The notes under the pieces were generated by a model. The model searched no databases and had not been told where the DNA came from. It saw only the letters and a program-made list of their open reading frames with translations. DNA of 64,000 bases from Oikopleura dioica (taxonomy: Eukaryota; Animalia; Chordata): positions 1,922,001-1,986,000 of the forward strand of contig OU015567.1 of the NCBI GenBank assembly GCA_907165135.1. Direction: 5' to 3'. The position numbers and the translations under genes are program-made. Of the stretch, positions 1 to 12,922 are shown piece after piece. Each line of letters begins with the position of its first letter. Position 1 is the first letter of the stretch.

Positions 1-1032
1 AATTTCTGTTAACTTCCCCCCCTCCTGAATGATAAGTTGGTAATCAACTTATTTGCTAACTAAATAATAATATAATAACTTATGTATAATCTAAGCTATT
101 AGAACTAGAGATCCCAGTGCATCTTTTTTACATAATAAGTGAGTAGAGTATAATTACTTCTCGGGTATTACGTAGTTTTACATAAGAGGGAGAATATATA
201 TATAGTAGATTGGAGCTCCTAAGATCATGAAGCATGATAAGCATGCTTACACCGGACATTCAAGCCTCCTTTTTTGCCTTATTTGCCTTAAAAATCGTTA
301 AAAAGAACAGATAATTGTCCGGCTCGAAAAGTCATTTTTTTAGTCAATAAACCCTTCCTTCATTTCCCCTTCCTCCCTCTTGCTTTGCTGCAATTTGAGT
401 TTTTTGTTTGAAGGAAAAGACGTTCTGCTCTCGAATAGGTTTTCAATAATTACTGAAGCGATTTATTATTTTCAATAACTAGGTATCGCAGCTCTACTCA
501 GTCGTGACGAGTATTAAGTAAGAAAAGAAAATGGAACTGGTGAGAGTCTCGTTTATTCTTTCTATTTAAAACGACTGATACCAGGGGCTCATTTTTATTC
601 TTCCGCCAGAAGTTGAGGCTACTTTTCCACACCTTAGCATCAAAATTATTGATTTTATTCCCGACAATAGCTATTCTTTCGCTACTTTTCGCCGTTCGTT
701 TTATACTTCTGAGTCCGAAATATTTATCCGCCAATCAATTTTTTGATTATGAAATCAATGTATTTCGGTGATCGACAGGTACAGTTGTAACTTGCGATTA
801 AAGCTGATACTGTAACAACTGTGCATTATTAGCTCATCCTGCTCTCAAGCCGAGAATTTCACCCTGAGTGAGATACCTTCTACTTGGTGTCTAGGAAGGG
901 CTATAACACCGCCGCCGACGGAAAAAATAAGGCTGGCTCTCTGATTTGGCATTGAAGTCAGAGGTTGATTTTCGAAAGACCTGCCCTAAAAAAATCTAAT
1001 AAAATTTTCGAATTTTAGGAAATTATTTTTAA

Positions 1033-1565
1033 CCCCTATAAACGAAGTGTACAATTTTTGTCGATTTCGGGTTATTATCGCCTGCCAAACAGAACTGGTA
1101 AATCGGAACGATCTGAAAACTTAAATGAGTATTTGCACACGCATTACGCACCTCCCTAAAAAGTTTCAGCCTGATAAGACCCACGAGTACTGCGTGAGCA
1201 CCGTTTTTCTCACCTCCACCTGCGCGCTTCAAAGGAACAAAAATTTCTATTTATCTTTCAGGCGTCTCTGAGCTATTGTTTTTAACTTATTTAGAGGTTT
1301 TTAAGTATGGAGAATTCGAATCTGGGATCTTTGAAAAGATTGGATGAAGATTTTTAATAATTTCGACATAATTAATTATATAAGAAAAACAAATTCTAGT
1401 GCGTAGTATAGTTTTTTTAGAAAATCTAAAAGTGCAGTTTGAAAGAGAATGTTCGTTTATGTATAATTTGTGATTTTCAGGAGATTATCTCAAGAGGAAG
1501 GCCAAATCGACAAAAATTGTACACTTCGTCTAAGGGGGTTCTTTAGACTGCTTCGCTTATAGGGG
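1033..1565. mobile_element. piggyBac-like MITE (non-autonomous)
   Basis: TTAA at 1029-1032 and 1566-1569 flanks CCCCTATAAACGAAG...CTTCGCTTATAGGGG. A longer inverted copy of the left end (ACGAAGTGTACAATTTTTGTCGATTT, 1042-1067) sits at 1504-1529. No transposase ORF. Confidence 0.85.
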
Positions 1566-3458
1566 TTAAGAAATCTGATTTATTAAAAAATAAACGTTAG
1601 TATTTTCTCACCGGCTGCTGATCCATGTTTTCATCAGCGTTAATTTTTGTTTCTTATCTCTGATTCTCGAAGAGTCCTTTTTTGTCTTCTCTTTAACGCT
1701 GAAAGAGAGGGCCACATCCACTCACTCAAACTGTGAGAATTACTCAGCCCCCATTTTTTAATATCCATTTTAATGCACATTTTTGCGAGATTCACTGCCG
1801 GCTGAGCCGGCTCCCTGATTTTTCATGCGTTTCTGTCAAATTTCAGAAGAAAAAATAGAGAGCAAAAAAGAAGACTTCAACTCAAATTTATGATATTCAA
1901 TTAAATTTGGTTTCAATACCTTTTTTACTCTTTTTTCATGCTTTCAATTTCGAATTTGAGCATCTCTTTTTCTTAAAAATTGTCGGTTTGGCTGCTGTTT
2001 TTAGCAGATTTTCTGTGCTCAAAAAAGATATCAAGATCAGCGTCTGGTTAATGAAGTATTGATAGTAATTAAGCGAAAAAGGGATGAAACCCGTTTCATG
2101 TTGAATAGGCAGCCCGCTGCGTTACTCAAGCTTCGCTGATTATAATTATATTTTTTCTCTCCCTCGCCATTGCCAAAATTGATTTTAAGATTTGCTGTTT
2201 TTTGCAATCAAGGAAGACTTTTCTTGTTTAACTTCAAAAATTACCTTTTGCGTTTTTGTTCCTTGAATTCTGTTCTCTAAAAAACTCTGCTCAGATCTTA
2301 TTCTCTGCCAAGATTTTTGGCATATACATTTACTGAAGCTTAGCACCTTTCATTTTTTAAAATACTGACTTTCTCGCCCCTCAGGCAAGTTTTGGCTTCT
2401 ACCTTTAATAAACTCAAATGCTTTGAGTGAGAAGAAGTGCTCGCTGGTCCTCATTTTTGATGCTTATTTTTCGGGAGATGAAGAAGAAAAGGTTTTTGGT
2501 GTATTTGATGACACTTTTCCTATGCCTCGAAGGTTTGGATATTCTCGGCGCTGCTTTGGTGCTCTGATTTATTCATTTGCCCGTAGTGTCCCTCGAGGCA
2601 CACGAAAAAAATCAACAGCTGATCTGGGGATTCTAATCACTGCTTGGACTACGAGCCGATATCTGACATAGGACGGATTTCATAATGTCAAGAAATAACA
2701 GAAAATTAATTAAACAAAATCCAATTAAAACTTTAACTTCACTAAAAAACCACTCGGACTTTTGAAAGACGTGTAAATCGTTTTATCCTAAAACCAACCT
2801 TAAACTCTTATTTTCTCGCTGAAGTGCCCAAATTTATAAGATCTTTATGGTTTTCCAGATTAAATTTCCCAAAAGCCTTCGAAATAAAGAATCATTATCA
2901 ATAATTTATTTATTTAATCATCTTATCTTTAAAATCTAAAAGCATCTTTTTTGAAGCATTAAATTTACCTCACGCGCCATCGAAATATGCATTACCTTCA
3001 TTTGACTCAAATCATTTCGCTCTTCTGCTCTCATCTTCATTTTTTTTCTCGAATTGATTAATTTTCTCTTCTCTTCTTTTTTCGCCCTTTTTTTGAAAAA
3101 TGAACCCTTTCCGAATCTTACAAATCTGGGTTTTAAAAATAATCCATTTTCTCGATTTTATTTTCTCCCTTTTTCGCCCGCCGCTTACTCATGTAGCAAT
3201 CGGGCACGGGCCTCAGGGGACGACTTGCATATTGAGCCTTCGATTTCTTACAGGCGGGATGCCACACGCCCCAGGGTATTTAAAAAAGCGCGCGGAACAT
3301 ATGTCGAACTTGTCTTTCAAATTCGATGCACAGCTGATTTTGCTGGTCTTGAAATTGAGGAAAAAATTTTTGGACGAAAAATACATTTATTTTATTAAAC
3401 TTTTGATTTTGAACTTTTTCATTTACTCTCGTTTCTAACAGTGTCGGCTTATTTCAGC

Positions 3459-6233
3459 TCATTTCAGCGGCTAAAAATCAAAATTGACATTTTTCAAAGA
3501 TACTATGATTTACCGTTGTTTCAGCAGCTTGAACAAAGTCAAACTCTTCTCTTGCATCGGAGTTTGCTCGTCTTGATTTTTCGACGGCTCCTAAAGATGG
3601 GCCTACCGACGGTTTTCGTTGCTTTTGACTTTGTGAACCGAAGTTGGTGGGGAAAACAACCCCGGCGGAGTCTTTTTGGATTCTAGATTTGCCTCTGTCG
3701 GCGGAGGAGTCAGATGAGCTTGAGGAGCTTGAAGAACTTGAAGAACTGGATGAACTTGAAGAAACGGAAGATTTTCGGGAAAGAGAGTCCGGTATATTCG
3801 CGATGTTTTGCCCCTCTGAAAATTCCTTGCTGGTTTTAAGCTGTGTCCACCCTTACCTTCATAATCGACTTCGCCATTTTCCTTCTCGCATCGGAAATAT
3901 TCAGGATGTTTGTAAAGGAAATAGACGAGCGCGGCGGACAAAAAGATCGCCAAAAGCATAAAAATGATCCACCAGGGAAACTTGGGTTTGTAAAAAAACT
4001 GGCAGAATTCGAAATAATTTTCGAGCAGATCGTCGTGAATAAAGTCGTACTCAGAACCATTGTATTTTTGCGCGTCGATTTCATCCGCAAAGTCGTAGCA
4101 AATCTAAACAAATCAGCGATTTAATGCTCAAAAAAGTGGACTCACGATGTAGTGGCCTGGCTCTTCGGGCATCGGATCCATGACGACTTCGAATTCTCCA
4201 GTCTTTTCATCTTCCGACTCGATTTTGACGTCGTCAGAAATCTCCACGAGCTCTTTTCTTTCCTCGTCGTAAAAAAACGCCACCATAAAATCGATAAGTT
4301 GAGACGTTCGTCTTCGAGCACGTCCGGATCGCCAGTTGTCTAGCAGAGGCCTGAAAATTGATTAAATTGAGAGTAAGGAGAAAAACTTGCATTTTGGTGA
4401 AAGTGGCTTTGATTGGAAATTCTCCCTCTTCTTCTTCAATTTGCGCCTGTTGTCGAATGTTTCCGCCTGGCGGCGCATAATTATAAATTCGTCCGGTGTT
4501 TCCGTACGGATCGAGGACTTCCAGAATTGCAACAGTGTAAAGCAATTGATACTCTTAACAAAATCATTGCGTAAGATCTTCCAAAATATCCCTTTTCCTC
4601 ACCTTTTGAAACTTGCCGACTGATGTAGTGCTTGTGCCCTTCTTTCGTCGCTCTTCCTTGTTCGCAATTATCGAGCAGGTATTCGTACATACGTTCGTTT
4701 TCCTCGACTCCTTTCTTTCCTGATTCTGGCGGGGAGTTCTTGCAGCTGAAGACTTTTGTCATCAAATCCGCTTTGATCGGTTCGAAGGAGGCTTCAACGT
4801 TGACGAACATCCCATGATGCTCACTGGTAATCGTCGGTTCGGAAATTTCTAAAAAAAAATTTTCATGAATTTTGTTCTCTTAGACTTACTGGCTTTGACG
4901 AAGTCAAATTCTTGCACGATCCAATTTCCTTCATTCCTCCCATTTCTGGCTTTGCACCTGACTCGGATAAACCCTTTAGGCGGATCAAGTGGTTCCTCCA
5001 TCACAATATTTTCGCTATCGTTGTCGAATCCGTCCGAATCGCATGTCATTTTGGGAAGATCGTAGCTGATGTCAAGCACCGCAGCTTTAATCGACTCGCC
5101 ATTGACGAGGATTTCAACGGTTTTCACCGGATCTAGAATTTGTTCAACCGTTTTCATCCCCCTATTTCAGCTCTTACGTAATACTCGGACGAGCTCATCT
5201 CCTTTTGGCCACCTGGAAATCTCGACAAATTCCTCCAATTCGCCATCAATCGCTTCTTTGTAGTGCGCCTCACAGATAAAGTATGTTCGATCAAAACTAC
5301 TGGTCAGCCCGCTTCCATCTTCAGCGTCAAAAGCAAGTGGTAAAGTCGTTGTCTGCATTTTTCGCTTGTCTTTTTTGTCGATGCTCAAAAAATCTAAAAA
5401 AACAATCATCAAACTTATTTTTTCGAGCAAAAAATATCACCTGTCGTTTTGCCGCAAAAATTGCTGTCGCCAAATTCGGAATCGCTAACTTTGCAAGCGC
5501 CGAATTGATTACTGTCGCTGATGTTTCGGCCAAACTCATCGAAAGCTTTCCAGACGAGAACCGCTGGATCTGGCCCCGCCACTTTCGACTCGCATTCCGC
5601 GATGTTGTATTTTATATTTTCCTTGTACTGCTTTTTCCCCCGTTCGCCAAGTCTTTTGTCTAAATAAAAAATGATTTTTTGCAAATTAAAAAATTCTATT
5701 CGCTTGAACTTACGTCTGACTATCGGGCTTAAATTGTCCCTATCGAGCAAAAAATTCACCAGCAGTTTGTAGTTCGTCTCGATTATTTCCTCATCGTCTC
5801 TCATTACTACTCTGCATCTGTAAAAAGCAATGTCTTCCGGCGAAAATCCATCTTCTTTGAGCTCTTTTTTATTGATTTTCAATTCTCCTTTGAATCCAAT
5901 TTTGAAGCCAAGAATGTTCTCAGATATTTCTGCATCCCGACTTCCCCCGACTTCTCCAAGTTTGATTCCTTCCGCCTCTTGATCTTCTAGCTTGATTCTT
6001 CGCCAGCTAATTCGACTGACATCTCCGAGGGATCGAAGATTTCCGCAAGGGATAGTGGCGCTGGAGTCATAGTTGTTGACCCAAAATTCCGTCGCCTGAA
6101 TCTTACTCGCGAAAGCTAAAAAAATCTTTTATTTTTCAACGGCCATAAAAATAGTTTTGGAAGTCGTAAATTCCTTTTGACTCATTTTCGCTTTCAAAAA
6201 ATTACCAAAATTCGCTAACGCCAGCAGTCTCAT
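3459..6233 (-). CDS. Type I transmembrane immunoglobulin-superfamily protein (about 4-5 Ig-like domains, Ser-rich cytoplasmic tail), multi-exon
   Basis: Spliced N-terminus MRLLALANF|AFASKIQ (signal peptide). V-like domain IPC...ISWRRI...EDIAFYRCRV. Further C...W...C Ig patterns (AECESK..LVWK..FICEAHY; MTCDSDG..RCKARN). TM segment WWIIFMLLAIFLSAALVYFLY, then EVDYE|EGQNIA, a poly-Ser run, and ETT|PLK*. GT-AG introns of about 40-90 nt join the track ORFs 5415-5882, 5167-5430, 4849-5157, 4481-4810 and 3603-3959. Confidence 0.8.
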
Positions 6234-7306
6234 AATTGACCCTCCTCTATGTCTTCACCGATTTTCGTTTCTATCCTCTGGTTTTGCGGGAAAACAAAAG
6301 ATTATTTCTCCGGCTCGTTTATTATAAAAGCGAGAACCGCTCTTTCTGACAAACCTGAAAGACGAGAGCGCCTCATAACATTTTTACGGGTACATACCAT
6401 TTATCTGCTGAATTATGAACGAATTGAGAAATGAGAACTCAAGTTGCCAAAAATTGAAAGGTGCACTTTTGAATTTCATAAAAATTAGTTAATTACCTTC
6501 GTCATAAGCCTCCTTTTTAAATAAATTTTATTCAGTAAAATAAATTGGTTCTGCTCCTACCGGACCAGCAGGGCCGGTCCTTGTTATCTTCCCTCACAAA
6601 ATGAAGCACAGAAAGGAATCGAAATGATTTTTTATTTAAATTAATCACCATCAAAAATGCGAAAAACAAGCTCCGCGGCGGCTATCAAATCCGCAAATAA
6701 TAAAATTGAAAATGAGAAAAAAAAATTTACAGTTTTCGAAACTGAGTTTTGTCTTGATTTCGTTCAAGTGGCACTTTCGATCATCAAAAATGGCGTCGAG
6801 ACGGGTAGTTAAACTTTTTCGCACTAAAAATGATAAAAACCGTAGCGCTTAAAAACCACAAATAGACAAGGAAATCAACAAAATATGAAAAAACCTAATC
6901 AAGATCCTCATTATTGATGATGAAAATTTTTTAAGAGCAAAAGTCCTTGAAAAGCCCGAATCATCGAAAAAATCTGAAGGTCGTATCAGTTCTTCCGGCC
7001 CTCGACACCCTACTTCTGCTTGCAACCACAGTGACATTTGGCCAAGTGTGAGAATTATTTGAACATTACGTCAAAAATACATCTGAAAATTTTCCTATCC
7101 AAGGTCGCCATGGAATGATTTTCAAAATACAAGAAAACAAAGAAAATAAGTTTATTTAATATATTTTAGATAAAGTAATGTACAGGCTAAGCAGCGAACG
7201 AGTTTGATTGAAATTTTTTCTATCAAAAAAAAATTTAAAAAAGCAAGATAAAAAGAAAATTCTAGAATTGGAAATTTAAATAGCTGAACCGGCTCTATTT
7301 TTTACT

Positions 7307-8180
7307 TTACAAGTGATGGGCATCGTACCATCTTCTGAATCTTCTGTAGCTGTCGCGTTTGATCAATAAGAAAATGCTGTATTTGGCGTCGTCAAAGATA
7401 TTGGCGGCGGCGTGCCCCGAGGCGAGCGAATCGCGAATCTGGCTGATTAGGTTTGACTCGATGTTGACCTCGTCCGGAGCGCCGGGGGCGAGAAAACGAT
7501 TGAAGATTGACAGCGCTTTTGATAGATCTTCTTTTCTGAAAAAATTGGTAAGGAGATTGACTTTCGAAAACAATTGATTTCTTACCGATATCTATCAACA
7601 GCAACCCAAAACTCAAGATTTTCGGCCGAATGTTCTTTGGTCAAAAACGCCTTGAAAATTTGCCGGCAATTTTCGTCGTGAAGGAGGAGAGTAAGATTCC
7701 TGATCTTGGAGGCCTCTTCTACAGAGGGACTTTTTGGCAGTTGAGAGGATGAGCTTGAAGAGTTCACCAGCTGGTAGCAGTTCGGATGCGAAGCGGAAAA
7801 GTCGCGCACGAGGTTGACGCAGCTGGTGCGGCGCCGGGGTTTCGGACGGACGCCGATTTTTTCCAAGAGGAAGGTCTTTTTTCCTAAAATAAATAATTAT
7901 CACATGGAAGCGAAAAAAACAAGCTAACTCCTTTTTTCTGACTACTTTTCCTACTTTTTTGATGAAATTCAAAATCTCTGAAATTTTGTTGGGCAAAGAG
8001 AAAATCAAACATTTTTATTTTTCTTAAAAAAATCTCTTTTTTGAAAAAAAATTTTTTTTGAGTCGAGAATTTTTTAACTTGAACTTTTCGGAAAAAACCA
8101 TCTTTTTTGAAGTCAAGGGCCAAAAAATAGAGCAGATAAGCTAGCTAACCTTTCATACACTCTTGAACATGTCTACACAT
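7307..8180 (-). CDS. Regulator of G-protein signalling, R4-like (RGS4/5/16 type)
   Basis: RGS box LLLHDENCRQIFKAFLTKEHSAENLEFWVAVDRYR|KEDLSKALSIFNRFLAPGAPDEVNIES...IFDDAKYSIFLLIKRDSYRRF. Inferred exon 1 MCRHVQECMK|GKKTFLLEK (intron 7884-8149, GT-AG). Confidence 0.92.
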
Positions 8181-8641
8181 CTTTTTTTACTTTCAGATAG
8201 ATCTGGCCTTGTGACCTGTTTTAAATTTACTTACTTTCAATCATTAACGAATATCTTCTCAATTTGCTGCTTCTCGGCGTCTCTACGCTGCTCTGGTTTG
8301 GATTTATCATAATTTTTTTCTGTTTTCTCAAAAGTCTTTCCTTCCTATAAATAATTTTGTGGATCAATAAGAACTGTGGATATATGGGGATTTGAAGAAT
8401 TTTCTATTTTTATCCTGCCCGGCGCCAAACTTGACGGCGCTGCCGAGTCACAAGATCCAGAATCGGCAATTTGACCCGCGCCCTGTTGAACAAGAAGAAA
8501 AGAACACTGTATCAAACTGGATCAGATTTACTGTATGTACTGTTCAGAATTGATGAAAAGATGGGTGAATAGAAAGCATGTGCTTCTATAAAATTGAATT
8601 ATTTTTTGAAGTGATTTTCATGTATCTCTATTGGATTTTTC

Positions 8642-8868
8642 TTAGAATAAAATTCTTCATTTTGCCATTTTAAGAAACCATAAAATTGAGTCAAATTACT
8701 CATTTTTATAATTTAAATAAAATAGTAGCTCCGACAATAAAATCAAAGGATTTGTTTTAGAATAACATTATTCATTTTGTCATTTTAAGAAACCACAAAA
8801 TTGAGACTTATAACTTATTTTTATAATTTAAATAAAATTGTATCTCCGCCAATAAAATTAGAGATTTG
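8642..8868. repeat. Degenerate tandem duplication, 2 x about 115 bp, AT-rich
   Basis: TTAGAATAA...CATTTTAAGAAACCA.AAAATTGAG...TTTTTATAATTTAAATAAAAT...CTCCG.CAATAAAAT starts at both 8642 and 8757. Confidence 0.85.
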
Positions 8869-9888
8869 TAATGATTTACAGAGGCAATTCAGTAAAAGCA
8901 TTCACCTGATAATTAATATTTAAGTACAAAATAATACTGAAAAACGGTATTTTATGACGTCGGAATGAATTTCTTTTTTTTTTCCAAGAATCTTTTTGAA
9001 CCCAAAACAGCCCATGTTTCCTCCCTCCTTCTCAGCGGATTAGTACTCCCCTTTTATAACCCTTCAGAAGTCCGGATGTATCGAGTTTTCGAAGACTCTC
9101 GGAAACGCGTCGTGTTTATATAACGTCTTCTGACCTTTTTATCCACCGCAATGTCGGAAGTCGCCAATTTACTTACCACCAAAAATTTCTTTCGAGAAAA
9201 ACTTTCAATTTTGAATTTTTCAATGTTTCTTTTTTCCGCTGCTTGAAAAAGCAAGTCTTTCAGACTGGAAAAACAGCAAACAGCAAACAAGCAATGAGTG
9301 TCAGTTTCAGGTCAAAAGGTTTGATGCCATATCACGTGACATGTCAATAAGCCTGTAGTTCTTAGAAAAGTGAAACAAGCGACAACAAATCAGAAGAGAG
9401 ATCAGAGGAGGCCGACGGTAGAAATGGGGCAATTTTGGCACGCATCGATATTTATCATTTTCGGGGAAAGGCGTTTTAGGGATCAAAAGATGTCTTGATT
9501 ACCATCTGAAAGAATGGATATTTGTTTTTGCCAGCAAAAATGAGGTTTCTTTTTGACCAAAAAAAAGCAATTAGGTCCCGCTGAAACTCGCCCGAAGCCA
9601 ATTCTGATCTGGTTCGAATCCAAGTGCAGAAGTCACGTGTCACCTTATATCATCATTAACGCTAGTCCCTGAGTCCTTTCCATTGATCTCAATCAACTTG
9701 CTAGCGATCAATAACCTTCAATATATTCTGATGACGACAATTTTGCTCATCCGTCTCAAGTCGGTCAAATTGACATTCTATGACGATGCTTATTTTCAAT
9801 AACGCGATGGTAACAGAAGGCGGTCTCGCTTCCCATTAATAATATTCTCGGATGTCCAAATTCTCAATCAAATGAAAAAAACTAAGAA

Positions 9889-9979
9889 TCGAAAAGCCGC
9901 TTGCCGCTTCGAGCGAAAAAAAGCCGCGCTTCGTGCGGCTAAAATATAATTTAGCTCGAAGCCGCAAGCGGCTTCTCGA
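9889..9979. mobile_element. Short self-complementary AAGCCGC/GCGGCTT hairpin element, copy A
   Basis: Ends TCGAAAAGCCGCTTGCCGCTTCGAGC / GCTCGAAGCCGCAAGCGGCTTCTCGA are inverted repeats. Internal hairpin AAGCCGCGCTTCGTGCGGCT. Confidence 0.75.
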
Positions 9980-10861
9980 CTTTTGAGGAAGGAAATCGCT
10001 CGTGACTTCTGGTCCAGGATCAGATATGTTTGGTTAACCACTTGGTCACGTGACTAGTCGTTTCCGGTGTAATTTGCTAATCGGATATCGAGAACAAGCG
10101 GACACACTTGCTGCATCTGTTTGGATTACAAGGTTGCAGCTTTCTTTCCTGCAAGTGCTTTTCTTCAGTCAAGCCTAGTCGAACACGCGTGCTGCTTCTT
10201 TTTCATGCTTTGTTGGGTTCAGCTGATTTGAGTATTTTTCTCGAGAAAAAATCGGAAGTTAAATTTTCGGAGGTCGTAAATTTCATGATTGTTTATCATC
10301 CGATTCTGGCGAGAAAGTTCATCCCTTCATTTTCAAGCAGCTTCCGCCGAAATAAATCGGACATGCCAAATTTAACCCCTTTGCACAAATCGCGCAATTG
10401 TATATTTCGCCGCCTAAATAATCCATTTTCGTGAATGCCGCTAAAAATGCAAATGTCTTCCTCCTTCCCTGACCCAAAGAACACAGCGGGAAAAGGTCAA
10501 AATTTCAAATGGGGGTCAGGCATTGCTTTTTTGAATTCTTTCTTTTGGAGAAATCGAAAATAAAGATGGAATTTCACCTCTTCCGTCAAAAAAAATCCGA
10601 TCGGTCTTCAAAATTTGTTGTCATCTGACTTGAGACAAAAAATATCCATTTTAAGGCCACTTTTGAAATTCGATGTCATCCAAAAATCGGCCTTAAAAAT
10701 TCTTCATACTGTAACTTTAAACCATGCGATGATCAGCATGGTTTTCTAGCGCCGACCAGCAGCGGCGCTCCGAGTCGAAAGAAATAAAATCGAGAGTTTT
10801 CATGAATACGGGCAGATCTCAACGAGTCTCTTTTTCTGATAAAACATCAGGATAAAAAGAA

Positions 10862-11888
10862 ATGAAGGTAAAAATCAGAGATAATTTTTATGCGACATAA
10901 ATAAAAATTTATTTAGCTCATTATTGCATCCATTGCATCTGCCTCTGCATACTCGACCTCATACGCTAGTGCCGACTACGTCGATAATGATTTTCCAGCG
11001 GATGCAACGTGCGGCGGAATAATCACCGGGTCACAGCTACTCCTCCCTCCTCAGGATGAAAATGGTTTCTACTACAAAAACATGAACTGCGTCTGGAAAA
11101 TCCAATTCCCAGAATCGGTCACCAGCTTCCACATCTTTCCCAATAAGTTCGCCGTCGAGAAGTGCGATGAATGCCTTTGTGACGCGGTCATCCTCGACGA
11201 TGGCGCTGGAAACCAATCGAGCTACTGCGGCTGGGCATCGCGACGAAGGCGAGAGGCTGAGACCGCTCTCGGTCTGGAATCTCGCACCTCCCCTCCTAAC
11301 CACAGTAAAAGTGGCATGCCTGCGCAGACTATCAACGGAAACACCGGATCTATCAGCTTTGTCTCCGATGACTCATACGCTATGAGGGGTTTCGAAATCT
11401 GCATTTACGCTGATGGAGATGATATGGCCACGGTCTGCATCCCACCTGCACCAGCGGCTCCAGCTACTCTTTCTCCAGCCGAAGCTTGGGGCCAGATCGA
11501 AGCCGCTGCTGCTGCTTTGGGCACCGTCGTCAACGACTTCTACGCCGCTCTCCCTGGCCTAGGTGCCAACTCGGTCCTTGCATCCAAGAAGCTTGCTCGA
11601 TTCAACGATTTCTTCGCCAAGATGCAAAAGCTCAACTCCTTCTCTTCCGCCGATGCCTGCAACTTCCCTGCTGGCTCGAACGATCACTCAACTTTCGTCT
11701 CACCTATCGACTCTGCCGACGGTTGCGTGGAATTGCAAGGCCTTTTCGCCTCTCTCGCGTCCTTCACCGACTCCTACGTCTGCATGCCCGACGCCGAATA
11801 CAATCCAATCAAATTGACCAGACTCATACAGCGGCAGCATAACCAGATCGTCACCCGAAAGCTCAAGCAGATGAACTGCGGAAACTAA
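10862..11888 (+). CDS. Secreted CUB-domain protein with a C-terminal helical/Cys domain (oikosin-like candidate)
   Basis: MK|LIIASIASASAYS signal peptide (49-nt GT-AG intron, 10868-10916). CUB pattern CGGIIT...YYKNMNCVWKIQ...CDAVILDDG...YCG...SISFVSDDSYAMRGFEI. Open to the stop at 11888, with a strong C-ending codon bias. Confidence 0.85.
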
Positions 11889-12922
11889 GCGCCAAGAAAA
11901 ATGACGAATCGTTGTCAACAAATTCAAATTTAACTTTCTGATTTTTCTCTGTTTTTCATCAGAAAATACCTTCTTTGAATAAATCGCATCTGATTCGGAA
12001 AATGTTGTTTTTGTTATGAAAAAACTCATGTTATAAAAATTTTTTTAGTGTAAACTTTTATCGAGCAGTCAATGGAATATTTTCTCCTGAGTTTTGGCTT
12101 TCTTCCTATAATACAAAACCACAAACAAAGCAGCTTTTTGACAACACCACGCAGTTGTCGAAATGATTCCAACAATAATCAACCTATCCATATATAAGAA
12201 TTAAGAGAAATGACTATTTGTTTCTTTTTCTTTACCCCTAACCCAAGCTATATTTTCGCCGAGCCCGAATAAGCTTTCTTTTTTTGCATCTATCCTTGTG
12301 TAGTCTATAGCCTGAATTGGCTTGGCGAAGAATTTTTATGCAGAATTAGCAATAATTGATTTTATTCAAAGAAGAAATATTTTGGAAAGGTGCAAAAATA
12401 TAATTTTGCGGTCCATTCGAAAGTCTTTATTGATGAATATTTTCCCCCGATTCTTCGGATTCTTTTCCGTCTTTTTCTTTGTTGTCCGCAAGATCAGAGA
12501 CGTAGCAATCCCTGCAACATTTAAGTAGAAAAGCAACAATCAAGGTTGGCAAAACAAAGAAAACATTTTCATATACGAAGAAAAAGTGGCCTTAAAAGGG
12601 CCGGCCTTAAAATGGGTCATCATTGTAATTATCTCGCAGGTGTATTTTGGTAAATGTAACACTCGCGCGAAATGGCGGGATAAGGCTGGCTACTCTTTGT
12701 TTTCTTTGGGTTTACATCGAAAGCGGGCTCAAAAGTGCTGTCTGGTCGTGTTTCATTTAAAAATTGTAACTAAGTGGAATATTTAGCTTGAAACAACCAT
12801 CTAACGACATCTTTATCTGATTCATGGCATAAAACTTATTTATGGACGTCAACAATTTTGCCGAAAAAAGAAACAAAAAAAAAATATATTCAGAGGTGGT
12901 GAAAATTATTAACTTCTCAATA

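Noticed and set aside
498-734. 78-aa ORF as a retroelement or endonuclease fragment
   Set aside because: No recognisable motif, and flanking frames are full of stops.
1600-3400. Possible decayed coiled-coil gene(s) on the minus strand
   Set aside because: No consistent exon chain or domain.
3644-3961. Plus-strand ELEELEELEELDELEE ORF
   Set aside because: An antisense shadow of the poly-Ser tail of the Ig protein.
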